Origin: Octopus sinensis
Taxonomy: Eukaryota
Assembly: GCF_006345805.1 (NCBI RefSeq)
Contig: NC_043001.1
Coordinates: 25,544,001-25,608,000 of the forward strand
Length of the DNA: 64,000 bases
Direction of reading: 5' to 3'
Part shown: piece after piece, positions 38,174 to 48,947 of the stretch
Layout: each line of letters opens with the position of its first letter
Position numbering within the stretch: position 1 is the first letter of the stretch
Translations under genes and position numbers: made by a program
The notes under the pieces: model-generated
Told to the model about the DNA's origin: nothing
Databases searched by the model: none
Seen by the model: only the letters and a program-made list of their open reading frames with translations

Positions 38174-38399
38174 AAGATTGCACACACTTGGTAATGCAGG
38201 AGAGACACCGTTAGAAATAAAAGAAACAATGGTGAGTGTGGGTTTGAAAAAGATGAATTTAGTTTTTGAGCTAATCTTTTTATAACCACATCTCCCTTGA
38301 GTACACTTTAAGTAGGATAACATCAACCCCAGCAGTGTATCCAGAGTAAACGTTTGTTTTTCAAATTCATAAACACCAAACACCTGACTTAAAAGATTT

Positions 38400-39140
38400 A
38401 TATAATACTGCAATACATCTTGATCAATGTCAGTATTTGTAAGAGAAGGGTAATGGCAAATGTGGTGTTGTGTACAAATTGTGAGAAATGGATTCATGGT
38501 AGGTGTATGTAAATGAAGGTGACCCCAAGACTGGCAAGAGATTTTATTTGTGGAAGATGTGAGAAAGGAGCTGGAGAGCTGGCATAACCAGTGGAAATGG
38601 TGAGATTTTATTTGGGAGATAGGGTGGATGTGAAGCAGCTGTGACAAAAAGAGCAAGACGTGGCTGGGTGAAGTGTTATTATATTGGAAAAGGTTCTTGA
38701 AGACAAAAGGAAGAGTTTATCGGAGTTGCGTGAGGTCTGCAATGCTGTATGGCAGTGAGACATGGTGTCTGAGGGAAAGCGAAATGGCAATGTTGGGAAG
38801 GACTGAGAGCAATGTGTGATGTGAAACTATTAGATACAAGGAAGGCTGAGGACTTGATGGGGATGCTGGGGTTGGAGGAATTGGTGGAACAGCTAGCAAG
38901 GGATGGAGTGCTGTGGTATGGACGTGTGTTGAGGAGGGATGAGGATCGTGTTGAGAAGAGTGCTTGATTTAAATTGAATGATCTGCAAAAGCGGGGTCAA
39001 CTAAAGAAAATGGGACAGGTGGAGGAGGAGATTAGGAGCATTGGCTTGAGGAAGGAGGATGCCCAAAACCAGGCAAGATGGTGTGAAAGTGGTTGCTGTA
39101 AGAGTGAGGTAGATCTGGCCATCCCTGTTAACAGGGACAA
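38400..39140 (+). mobile_element. Old RTE-like LINE C-terminal fragment
   Basis: Decayed LWYGRVLRRDED..VEK and GQLKKxxDRW-type motifs. Confidence 0.6.
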
Positions 39141-42100
39141 ACCTGGATTTAAAATATTGGAATTCATCAAAGTGAATATTTTCATGTAAAAAATTTACAC
39201 TTTACACAACCTTTCTTTGTCGGTTGAGTAAAGTGTCATCCAAGCTGATGTTTATTGGTAATTAAACTTATTTTGCAACACTTGTGCATATTTATCAGCT
39301 TTGTTTTTGTTTCAGTAGAAATATCTGTTTTGTCTGCCTTTAAGGACCAAGTAGTCAAACATGGTCACATACCAGACAATATTCTGACTTTTATTTTTAT
39401 CAGTTTATCAAATTATGCAATTTATTTTAAAATTAAATGGAATGTAGATTAACAGAGGAAAAGAAAATTAGCCATCTGGCACATTTATGTATTAATCAAG
39501 GGTATCCATCTAAAGAAGCCATGCCAAATTAGACTGGAACTTGGTGCAGCTCTCCAGCTTACCTATTCCAGTCAAACTAACACATCCTAGCATGGAAAGC
39601 AGATGCTAAATGATGATGAAACTTCGTCTTGGAAAACAAGTTTGGAGATGGTTGAATGCATTTTCTATGAGTATAGATTCCTAATATATTTTGAATAAGA
39701 CTAACCATTATAAAGCTCCTATGATCTCTACTGGAAAAGTCATATTGAAAATTACACAAAAGACATCCTTTCCAGAGTCAAAACGTACTTTATTTTACAT
39801 CACTTACCAAAGTGATAAATTATATCCATGAGAATGTTATCCAGGTTAGTAACTCATGATCAGAAAGCTGTTTCCAACATCATCTAACCATCATATGGTT
39901 GTGTTCTACCTTTTCTACAATCACTGCAGCTGATGCTCTTTTGAAATCAGTTGCTCAATCTCTACAGGTTTATTTCTGATGATGATGTCTAACAATGTAT
40001 CTCATTATTTAGTCTTCTAAACAGTCTTTCAGACAATATTCCCCTAAAACTTTCTCACCAAATGTTAGCAATTCAAACTTTATTAATCTCATCTGACTAT
40101 ATTAACAGATCCCATATGGGTCATGAAATTGATTCTTTCTTCTTGGATGAACAAAAATAAAATCATTTATTGTCCCTATCTGTCTCATTGGAAAATTAGT
40201 AAAATAATGATAATCTTGGAACCTACACAAGATAGCTGGAGCACCATGGGAAGAGTTTCTGGATACCTTCTCTACAACTATAAGTAAACAGGTTCAATAC
40301 TATAACAAAATATTAAATTATAGCATTCTCATTGCTGTAATTGTACATTTCCATGTTCTGTTGACTGATCTAAGATGAATTAGATCTTTTTACTAGTGAC
40401 ACATCACTGCTCATGTGATGAAATACGAACTGATGAACTTTCAACCAAAGGGCAAGCACTCTATTCTCATGTCAGTTGAATCATCAATAGCCATGAAATA
40501 CAGTTGTAGAACTTAAGTCACTTCATGACAAATTTTAAATTAAAGATGATCTATCTGCTCATATACACAAATGTAAATTCACAACCTATCAGTAGAAAAA
40601 GCAGCCAAATCAACTGAACATGAAAAGATTATACTACTCCAAGTTTTATACTAAATAATGCTAGACTGTTCTTCACACCATAGATTTTAGTTAATATTGT
40701 AATAAATGTTTAAAATTATATATATGTATACTCAAATCAGTCACTGATTCATTTAATTACTTAGTAGTTGTTTATAATCAGTGTCACTACAGAGAGTTGA
40801 AAGTACTTGGTCACTTATGAAATTCAAAACAGGATTGAAACAATCCAGATAATCCTTCTTTTATCCATGAAACAACTACAAAAACAGTTTTAAAAATGTG
40901 TTGATTATATGCAGAACTGGCTAAAATCTATAGATTTTTCATACGGTGTAGCATATACAAAAACACACACACACACATATATATATATGCAGGCATGGGT
41001 GTGTGATTAAAAAGTTTATTTGAGCCATATGGTTTTCGGTTCAGTCCTGCTGCTTGGCACTTGTGAGTGGATTTGGTAGATGGAAACTAAAAGCCAGTCA
41101 TGCATATATATATATTTATATCATCATCATCGTTTAACGTCCACTTTCCATGCTAGCATGGGTTGGACGGTTTGACTGAGGGCTGGCGAACCAGATGGCT
41201 GCACCAGGCTCTAGTCTTATACGTGTGTGTTTTTCCTTATGCCATCACACAATAGTTGTTGAGTGGCTTGTTCATTTTCAGTCTTCTTCCATGAACATAA
41301 TAGCCTGCCTGTAAACAGGTGATGGTTGGCAGCAGAAAGGGCATGTGACCATAAAAAGTTTCTTTAACAATTCCATCTGAGCCATGTAAATAAGGAAAAG
41401 TGGATGTTAAAGGAGTGATGATACACATGTATATCCATGCAAGAATAGAAAAAGGGATGTTAGATGATGATGTTGATTATAAATATGTTAATATGGAGGA
41501 AAAAAATTATACTGTGTGGTGTTTATATTCGTCAATATTATCAATCTGAACTGAAATAGTTACAAGTGGAAATTGAAACCAGATCAGATCCAGATCACCA
41601 CTATCCAAATGTACTCAACAACTCTACAAAAGACAAATTACTGATATTTTGAAGAATTAAATTCAATTTTTTTCCTTTCGTAACAGCAAAGATTGATTTA
41701 AAAAATGAAAATCTCACTTTGTATTCTAAGTTAAATTCATGAATCTCTGTAATTGAATTTTTAATGTAATAGTGTGTAGTCTATAAAATGGATCAAAACA
41801 AAATTCTCGCTGGAAAATGCACACACACAACTCTCAAAGTTCATCATCTTATCCATTTCACCACTAAATTTCTTCAAAGTTGAAGAAGAGCTTTCTGAAG
41901 GAATGGATTAAGCCATCTAAAATGGAAGAATCTCTAAATGTAATGTTTACTGTAATTGCCTAGCAATCAACTGATTCGAGTAATGAAAATTGCACTAAAT
42001 ATGTCACAACAAGAGAAAATAATATGTAAAGTTTTTATAAATCAAAAGATTAAGAAATTACATAACAGAAATTATATAGTTTACATAAATCTAGTTGCTG

Positions 42101-42189
42101 GTTCAATGAAAAGAGGAAAATAAACACCCTACATGAAAAATATATCTTGTTTCATACAAAATAAAAATACATATATTGCTATACTAGGG

Positions 42190-42530
42190 GGTATAAACAC
42201 ACATATACTATAAATTTGGTCTTCACTTCGGCTTTATTATTATTATTTCTTTGTCAAAGCTCTTGTCACATCCGGTGACCTCTTCAGTGACCCATTATCC
42301 AACGTGTCTACTTGTGTCTTGCTTATTCCATTTGGAATAAGCAGAACAAAGAGTCACTGAAAAGGTCACAGGATTTGCGATGAAAGAGCTTTGACAAAGA
42401 AGCTAAAATAATAATAAAGCTGAAGTAAAGATCAAACATAATCCATGTGTTTAACCGGCAAAATATGACCGACACAAAATATAACATCTGTTTCAACACA
42501 TGATTTCACATCAAGAATCTTGCAAAACAA
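42190..42530. mobile_element. Short palindromic Penelope-like remnant with two decayed hammerhead motifs and a 3' tail
   Basis: Arms of about 130 bp fold about GCTTATTCC-ATTT-GGAATAAGC. The minus arm reads GTCA-CTGAAGA-G-GTCAC..GTGAC-AA-GAGCTT-TGAC and the plus arm GTCA-CTGAAAA-G-GTCACA..TGCGAT-GAAA-GAGCTT-TGAC. The tail ATCTGTTTCAACACATGATTTCACATCAAGAATCTTGCAAAACAAAT is shared with 51123-51168. Confidence 0.7.
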
Positions 42531-43184
42531 ATACATGAACATAAAAACATACATATTTAACATCTATTCTAGCTGTATAGGACAGAGAATTTTTATTTTC
42601 CAGTTGCCCTTTTATCAGGTTTAGTACCAAACAATACAAATAAAGACTAAAGTACACTTTGAAACGAGAGAAAAGTTCAAAAATAGACTCTTGTAAGATT
42701 TGTATGTTATTTTGATTTGGAACAGAGTTAATTTGTTTTTTTAGATACTGTTTTTTTTTTTTAATGTACAAATTCTTAGACTAACATTTCTTGCATTTTA
42801 AAGAAAATATAACAAAAGATTAAGTCAATGACTAAATATCTGAGGTAAGTTAATTAATAAGATTATTTTTTTCCACGGCTTTGAACTCCATTCAACATAA
42901 GATGTTCCTAATTCAAATCTGATCTGAGATCATGAACACAACCATAAATAAAGGAAAAACCTGACAACTGAAAATCAAATTGATAGTGTGTGTGTGTTGT
43001 AAATATACACATTAAATATGAAGTTAATTAGTCTGGAAAACTATAATCTTATTAAAATTTCAATTTTTGAATTTATCTTTAAGAGAGACAATTATATCAC
43101 AAACAAGACTACATCCAATATTTTTAAACAATGATGAAAGAAAACTATTTTTTGTGTTTTTTTATTTTTTTTTACTATTTTATA

Positions 43185-43190
43185 TTTATT
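43185..43190 (-). terminator. AATAAA polyadenylation signal of RPN2 followed by A-rich tract
   Basis: The minus strand reads AATAAA about 60 nt after the stop. An A-rich tract (AAAAAAAAATAAAAAAACACAAAAAA, + strand 43148-43173) starts about 12 nt further on. Confidence 0.6.
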
Positions 43191-43249
43191 ATTAAATTGG
43201 AATGAAAAATGATGTAATGGTTTCTTATTTAAAAAAAAAGTTCCATTAG

Positions 43250-45127
43250 TTATTTTTTCCGCTGGGCAGCTATATTGCTAAGTAATCTATTTCCAAACAA
43301 GAATGTGGGGATAGAGAGCAATCCGACATATTTCAAGGTTTGGAACATATTAAGGGATTTCCAATAAAGAGAATAACAACCAAAGATACTGGCCAAGCAT
43401 ACATGAAAGCCAATAGCACTTACAGACATGGGGAAGTTGGAGATATTCACTCCAATTTTACCCCAAAGAATAAAGAGGATAAATATAGGAAGAACAACAA
43501 GAGCAGTGAAGATAAAAGAAACTAATTTAGGTGGTCGTTTCTCAGGCCGTTTAAATTCATGGTTAATGGTTGGTTTTGGAGAATATTGATTTACTGCTGG
43601 TTTACTTGGAGCTGTTGCTTCGGGGAAAGTTAAAACTGTGTCTGCTAAATACCAAGAAAATGGATTTTCAATCACAGCATCTCCAATAATAAGTTCCATG
43701 GAATAACGTCCAGAGAGAGAGCCAAAGTCTTTAGCACCACTGCCAACATCTAAGTCAAATTTATTGGTCATGGAATTATCTGCTTCGGTCACAAAGATGA
43801 TTTCTTGCTTGGTCTTGAGATTGGTAAGTCTAACAAAAGCTTGATGGGCGGTCATTAGTTGACCATTACTTTTATCCTTTAGTTGAAATTTCATAAGAAT
43901 CTTTTGGTGATAATCTGCTACGAGAGGATTAGCAGCCTTGTTAGGATATTGAAGTTTTGTTGTTCTTGTCGCAGTTGTTTGGTCTTTGTCTGCAACTCCA
44001 ATTTCAATGTTTTCCAAACTTACATGCGTGGTCACTTTCACTTGAACCTCGGCTCCAGTTATGCCGATGAAACGTTTGTCTGGTTTAGTTGGTGCGGCGC
44101 TGACTATGATTTTGTAAAAACCACGCGTTGGTTTGTTTTGTAGGAAATTTAATTCATACAAAGCTTTATCACTTGTAGGAGAAAATGGTTTTTTGCTCAA
44201 GACAACGGCATCATCCGAAATATGACGAGCTGATTCAGCTGTTACACCCAGCTTTCCAATAGCAGCACCCATCAAATTGGTAACACGAACTTGAACCTGG
44301 GGAGATACCGGACTCACAGCAACTGAACTGGCACGGGTGATAGCGATCGGTACATGGAATGAATTCACGGTCAGAGTTTTTATAACACACAACAAATGGC
44401 AAGCGCTTTTTAGTTGGTGTACATGCTTGCGACTTAAGAAGTAGTTGGTTAACTTTATAACTTTATCTTCAGAAATAGCAGGAGCTTTACTCACTTTCTC
44501 AGCTAATTTATATGCACCATCAACAACCAAAGACGTTACATACAGTCCCCCTTCGAACTGTAAGTATTTTTCATCAACTTCATCAGCCTGTGCAATTATA
44601 TCTTCGATGCTATCGTAAAATTTAGAAACATCCGCGCTGAGTTCAGTGGCCATTATGAAGGCGTAGCCATGGCTTGCCGGTGAATCGTCCTTTTTCAAAG
44701 ATTCGGTTAGTGCCGCAAGTACAGCACTTTCATCAAATGGAATTCCAGAGTTTTTCAAGGCATAAAAAGCATGGAATATATCCAGAACAGGAGATTCTGG
44801 TTTAATTGCATTAGTGAGAAGAGTTTTGCCGACGTCAATCTTAACCTTACAGGCTTTTAGGAGTTTCGCAGCGGTGGAGACGTGGTACATGGAAGCAATG
44901 CTCGATGTATCAGCTTTAAGACTGTTGCAGATTTCTTCAGGATTTGCCGGGGTTTCTCCTAGTAGAAAGTAACCCGCCAGAGAATAGTGGATATTTTGAA
45001 CATCTTTGCTGGTTAAAGCTGATTCAAATACAGATTTGAAACGAGCGAGATCAAGAGTTGTAAGATACGACGACGGTGTTAAGGCTAAACAAGCCGTAAA
45101 CAAAGCAAAAATGCAAAGTGTCCGCAT
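43250..45127 (-). CDS. RPN2: Ribophorin II (oligosaccharyltransferase subunit), single coding exon, 625 aa
   Basis: Uninterrupted ORF with signal peptide MRTLCIFALFTACLA and recognisable RPN2 motifs (YLQFEGGL, KLTNYFLSRK, HQAFVRL, Y/SMELIIGDA, PTINHEFKRPEKRPP). It ends in three hydrophobic C-terminal segments and a basic QRKK tail. Confidence 0.97.
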   Translation of the reverse strand: MRTLCIFALFTACLALTPSSYLTTLDLARFKSVFESALTSKDVQNIHYSLAGYFLLGETPANPEEICNSLKADTSSIASMYHVSTAAKLLKACKVKIDVGKTLLTNAIKPESPVLDIFHAFYALKNSGIPFDESAVLAALTESLKKDDSPASHGYAFIMATELSADVSKFYDSIEDIIAQADEVDEKYLQFEGGLYVTSLVVDGAYKLAEKVSKAPAISEDKVIKLTNYFLSRKHVHQLKSACHLLCVIKTLTVNSFHVPIAITRASSVAVSPVSPQVQVRVTNLMGAAIGKLGVTAESARHISDDAVVLSKKPFSPTSDKALYELNFLQNKPTRGFYKIIVSAAPTKPDKRFIGITGAEVQVKVTTHVSLENIEIGVADKDQTTATRTTKLQYPNKAANPLVADYHQKILMKFQLKDKSNGQLMTAHQAFVRLTNLKTKQEIIFVTEADNSMTNKFDLDVGSGAKDFGSLSGRYSMELIIGDAVIENPFSWYLADTVLTFPEATAPSKPAVNQYSPKPTINHEFKRPEKRPPKLVSFIFTALVVLPIFILFILWGKIGVNISNFPMSVSAIGFHVCLASIFGCYSLYWKSLNMFQTLKYVGLLSIPTFLFGNRLLSNIAAQRKK

Positions 45128-45136
45128 TGTTAGATA

Positions 45137-45480
45137 CTTCAGAGAGCAGGTAACATAGATAATAGAGACAGAAAGATATAATAAAGAATTGTTTTCACTA
45201 TACCCGAAATAACGACGACAGACTTTCTCTCTGTGGATGCAATTTATGTTGCCTTGAACGTGGCACTCTACCGTTCGTTAGCTGAAGAGAATGAGGAAAA
45301 TATTCTCCCTTTAACAGTTCTGTTTCGACACGCGAATAATAGCGAATTTCATATAAATAAAATATATTTTTTAATTTCTAAAACTACTTCATTAATTTTA
45401 ATGATAACTGAATAATAAAAGTAAAATATTTTTCATCAATAACTGCGGAACAGTTTATGGAATAATAAGTATTCACTTAC
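45137..45480 (-). other. Putative 5'UTR intron of RPN2
   Basis: The minus strand has a consensus donor CCGGAA|GTAAGT at 45480. A pyrimidine-rich tract ending CTCTCTGAAG| lies 9 nt before the ATG. No transcript evidence. Confidence 0.45.
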
Positions 45481-45486
45481 TTCCGG
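45478..45486 (-). promoter_or_regulatory. ETS-like motif (CCGGAAGT) in CpG-retaining region upstream of RPN2
   Basis: CCGGAAGT on the - strand, overlapping the putative donor. This motif is common near housekeeping-gene start sites. Confidence 0.35.
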
Positions 45487-45987
45487 TTCAGTAAAGTTCG
45501 ATGTCAGCTGCATACATGTTAATTGTGTTGAATCTTTCTATTTTATCTTGGTTTCTATGAGTTCAAAAATAGATATGAATAAAATATCGCTTGAATATTA
45601 AAAAGTATGACCATATATTTTCCTGCAAGTTATAAATTATATACACACCCGGTGTTTACTATTAGGCCGAAAACTGGTGGTGTGCGTATTCTTTACCTCA
45701 GCTCACTTTTCTTGTATACAAGTTGCCACGAGGCAATTTGGAATTTTAATAAACAGAGTACTTTACTAGTCCCGAAAAATGATACATTCATAGATGATAT
45801 GAAAAGACCCCCCCCCCCTCCGCCCCGTTTTTCTAGCAAATTATTGGGTTTTTTTTTTTCCAAAAACCCACGTTTTCGGATATGGAAATTTCGGAAAATT
45901 GCCAAAAATCGGAATTTTGAACTTTTTTGCTCCCCTACTCTTTACCCCCACCCCCCATTCTTCATTTTTTTCACTTTTTTCTGAAAG

Positions 45988-46026
45988 CCTAACCCTAAAT
46001 CCCAACCTTAACCCTAACCCTAACCC
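45988..46026 (+). repeat. Interstitial telomere-like (CCCTAA)n run inside a repeat element
   Basis: Degenerate CCTAACCCTAAATCCCAACCTTAACCCTAACCCTAACCC. Similar short runs lie at 6143-6160, 24339-24352 and 25256-25269. Confidence 0.8.
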
Positions 46027-46844
46027 GAAAAATTTTTGGAAATTTTTTTCAGAATCATAATCTTTGTATTTTCCTGCATATTTTGAAAAAAAATTTGCGA
46101 AAAAAGTTGGAAATGAAGAATTTGGTGGGAGGGATTTAAAAATACCGATTTTTGCCAATTTTTTTTTTTTTGCAGATTCATATGCTACCTAGCTGAAAAA
46201 TAAAAAAAAAGTGGTGTTGGGGGGGGGGGGTACAGGTTAATTTCTAATTTACAGATTTGGTGTTTTTTTTTTCGTTTTTAGATAGAAAGTAGATTACATA
46301 GCAAAGACACACTAGAAGTTAACAGTTCATAACTTGATTAAGGCTGCATTTTTCTGTGACCCACGTCCTAACTTTCAACAGTCAAATTCACTTAGAAGGT
46401 TCTCTCAACTGTAAGTGTTGTGGAATAGATAAGTAACTTGCTTTTGAAAGTCTACCTGCAATGGACTACCATTCCATCCAAAGAGAGAACAGAATGGACT
46501 AAGTGGGACAGGAGCACACATGAGGACAATGCTGTTTTTATCTGCTTCTACCATAAAACCTAGGGATAAGCACTGACACTTCAGATCCTTTCGATTTAGA
46601 AATGGGTTCTGGATTAAGTTTAGCTAAGTCAGGTGTTGAACTGGTTAAAGAAGGGAGTCTATAATCAAGACTACTTTTGCTAGAGCAGTACTTCTGGCTC
46701 TGTCTGTAAGAACAAGTGCTGCCATGCTTCATTAGGTTCCTTTGAACCTTGTGGTGTGCAACCAATTGAGACACTTAGTCTTGAATTGATGCGTTTTTCT
46801 TTCTTTCCTCCTCTTTTTCCATTTTTTTCTTCTGTATATAATTT

Positions 46845-47658
46845 TAATGTGAAGAGGTAGACCCAGGAAGACATGGGATGAAGTGGTGAAGCACGACCTT
46901 CGAACTTTGGGCTTCACCGAGGGAATGACTAGGGACCGAGACTTTTGGAAATATGCCATACATGAGAAGACCAGGCAAGCCAAATGAGACCATAATCTAG
47001 TGGCCTATGCCAGGGGCGTTACCAGCCCACTTATGCATACCTTTCCTTCTTTGGGCACTAAAACTCTGCTTGCGAAGACCTGTTGAGGCAAGTGAAATAA
47101 AAGATCAAAATCAAATTCGATGACTGGCATCCATGTTAGCGGGGTGCAAAGAGCACCATACAAGTGTGATCATTGACAGAGCGGCTAACCGGCTTCCGTG
47201 CCAGTGGCACTTAAAAGGCACCATCCGAGCATGATCGTTACCAGCGTCACACTACTGGCACTCGAGCCCCGTGCTAGTAGGGTATCAAGAGCATCATCCA
47301 AGTGTGATCGTTGCCAGAGCAGCTATCTGACCTCCGTGCCGGTGGCACATAAAAAGCACCATTCAAGCATGATCGTTACCAGCATTGCCTTACTGGCACC
47401 TATGCCGGTGGCATGTGTAAAAAGATTCAAGCGAGGTCGTTGCCAGTACCGCCTGACTGGCCTCCATGCCAGTGGCATGTAAAAAGCACCCACTACACTC
47501 TTGGAGTGGGTGGCGTTAGGAAGGGCATCAAGCTGTAGAAACACTGCCAGATCAAGATTGAAGCCTGGTGCAGCCATCTGGTTCGCCAGCCCTCAGTCAA
47601 ATCGTCCAACCCATGCTAGCATGGAAAGCGGATGTTAAACATTGATGATGATGATCAT
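46845..47658 (+). mobile_element. RTE-like LINE family 2, 3' end with six-unit tandem 3'UTR
   Basis: GRPRKTWDEVVKHDLRTLG, repeated GTGCCGGTGGCAC..AAAAGCACC units and a (GAT)n tail. Confidence 0.85.
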
Positions 47659-48542
47659 CATCATATACATACATCTTATATTCCAATAAAAATTCCAGGC
47701 TAAAAAATACGAAAAAAAAACAAGTATAAATTACTGTTGTGAGTAGCTAGAGTATTTGCTGTGTAGTAAATTGTTTTGCTGGCAGCAATATTTCAAATTC
47801 TAATGGCTTGAGTGGGTAATATGAAACCATTTCATTATGACTTAAAAGTTCCTTTAATAAGAATCATCACCAAGTCTAAACACTCTTGCCTAAAAAAAAA
47901 AAAGAAGCATCTTTGACAGAATAAAATAGTTGAGAAAAAGGATTATAAGTTAGACTTATCCATAGTACATTATTTTCCCACAAATTTTATCATCTGAACC
48001 TAAACTCTTAAACTTAAATCTTGTTAGGCCTACCTCAGTCTTTTGAACTATTATTATCTGGTAACAATGTTTTTGCACATCATTCATAATTTATTTACTC
48101 ACATAACCATACCAGCATAATTATCTCTTTTGTGCATATTGACAAGTGTATCTGATCCTTAATTATTTCTGAACTATCCCCAGCCTATCTTTAAGGCTCA
48201 CATTGAATGTACATCAATTTGTAAAATTCTGCAGATTCTGCTTCTTTTGTGATTGCCATAGCTTATAGCTCGCATATCTATGAATTGTCAAGTGAAAACC
48301 TAAGTAAACATAAAGTAATTTTCTTACTCCATATCAATATTTTCCTTTGACTGAATAAGCAATGAAAACTATTGTTCTTTGTGAAGAGAAAGTGGTTGGA
48401 TGCCCTTCCTAATGCCACTTATATTCTAAATAATTGATATGGAAAACAGTACATGCTGGAAACTTTATTTATCACAACGATCATTTCAGCATAGTTCTGC
48501 TCTGCTTGCTAGTGGGGTGGGGGATGGTATAATGAATTCCAA

Positions 48543-48773
48543 GGTGGCGAGCTGGCAGAATTGTTAGCACACCGGGCAAAATGCTTTGTGGTATTTCTTC
48601 TACCGCTGCATTCTGAGTTCAAATTCCGCCGAAGTCTACTTTGCCTTTCATCCTTTCGGAGTCAATTAAATAAGTACCAGTTAAGCACTGGGGTCGATGT
48701 AATCGACTTAATCCATTTGTCTATCCTTGTTTGTCCCCTCTGTGTTTAGCCCCTTGTGGGTAGTAAAGAAATA
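48543..48773 (+). mobile_element. SINE family A
   Basis: 17-bp TSD GGTATAATGAATTCCAA at 48526-48542 and 48774-48790. Confidence 0.9.
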
Positions 48774-48947
48774 GGTATAATGAATTCCAATGCACCCCAC
48801 AGTGCAGAAATGCCTCATCAGGTGACATAACATGATTCCAAGTTACATAAATGATATTTCACTCATAAACTTAGCCAGATGATGTTGGCAGTAGTCACAT
48901 CTCATACATGCACGCACACACACACACGCACACACACACACACACAC

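Noticed and set aside
38147-38656. 169-aa minus-strand ORF
   Set aside because: It is the antisense of a decayed LINE fragment and a SINE tail.
43250-45127. Horizontal transfer or contamination as the cause of the intronless RPN2
   Set aside because: It is an animal-type RPN2 with AT-rich flanks continuous with host repeats and a host-like CpG gradient.
45286-45305. CTGAAGA...GAAA upstream of RPN2 as a hammerhead
   Set aside because: No stem I, II or III pairing can be formed.
45988-46026. Telomere or chromosome-fusion scar
   Set aside because: There are only a few degenerate units, embedded in dispersed repeats and recurring elsewhere in the window.
48785-48825. Minus-strand CTGATGAGGC motif as a hammerhead
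   Set aside because: There is no GAAA at the right position (GGAAT instead) and no closing stem I.
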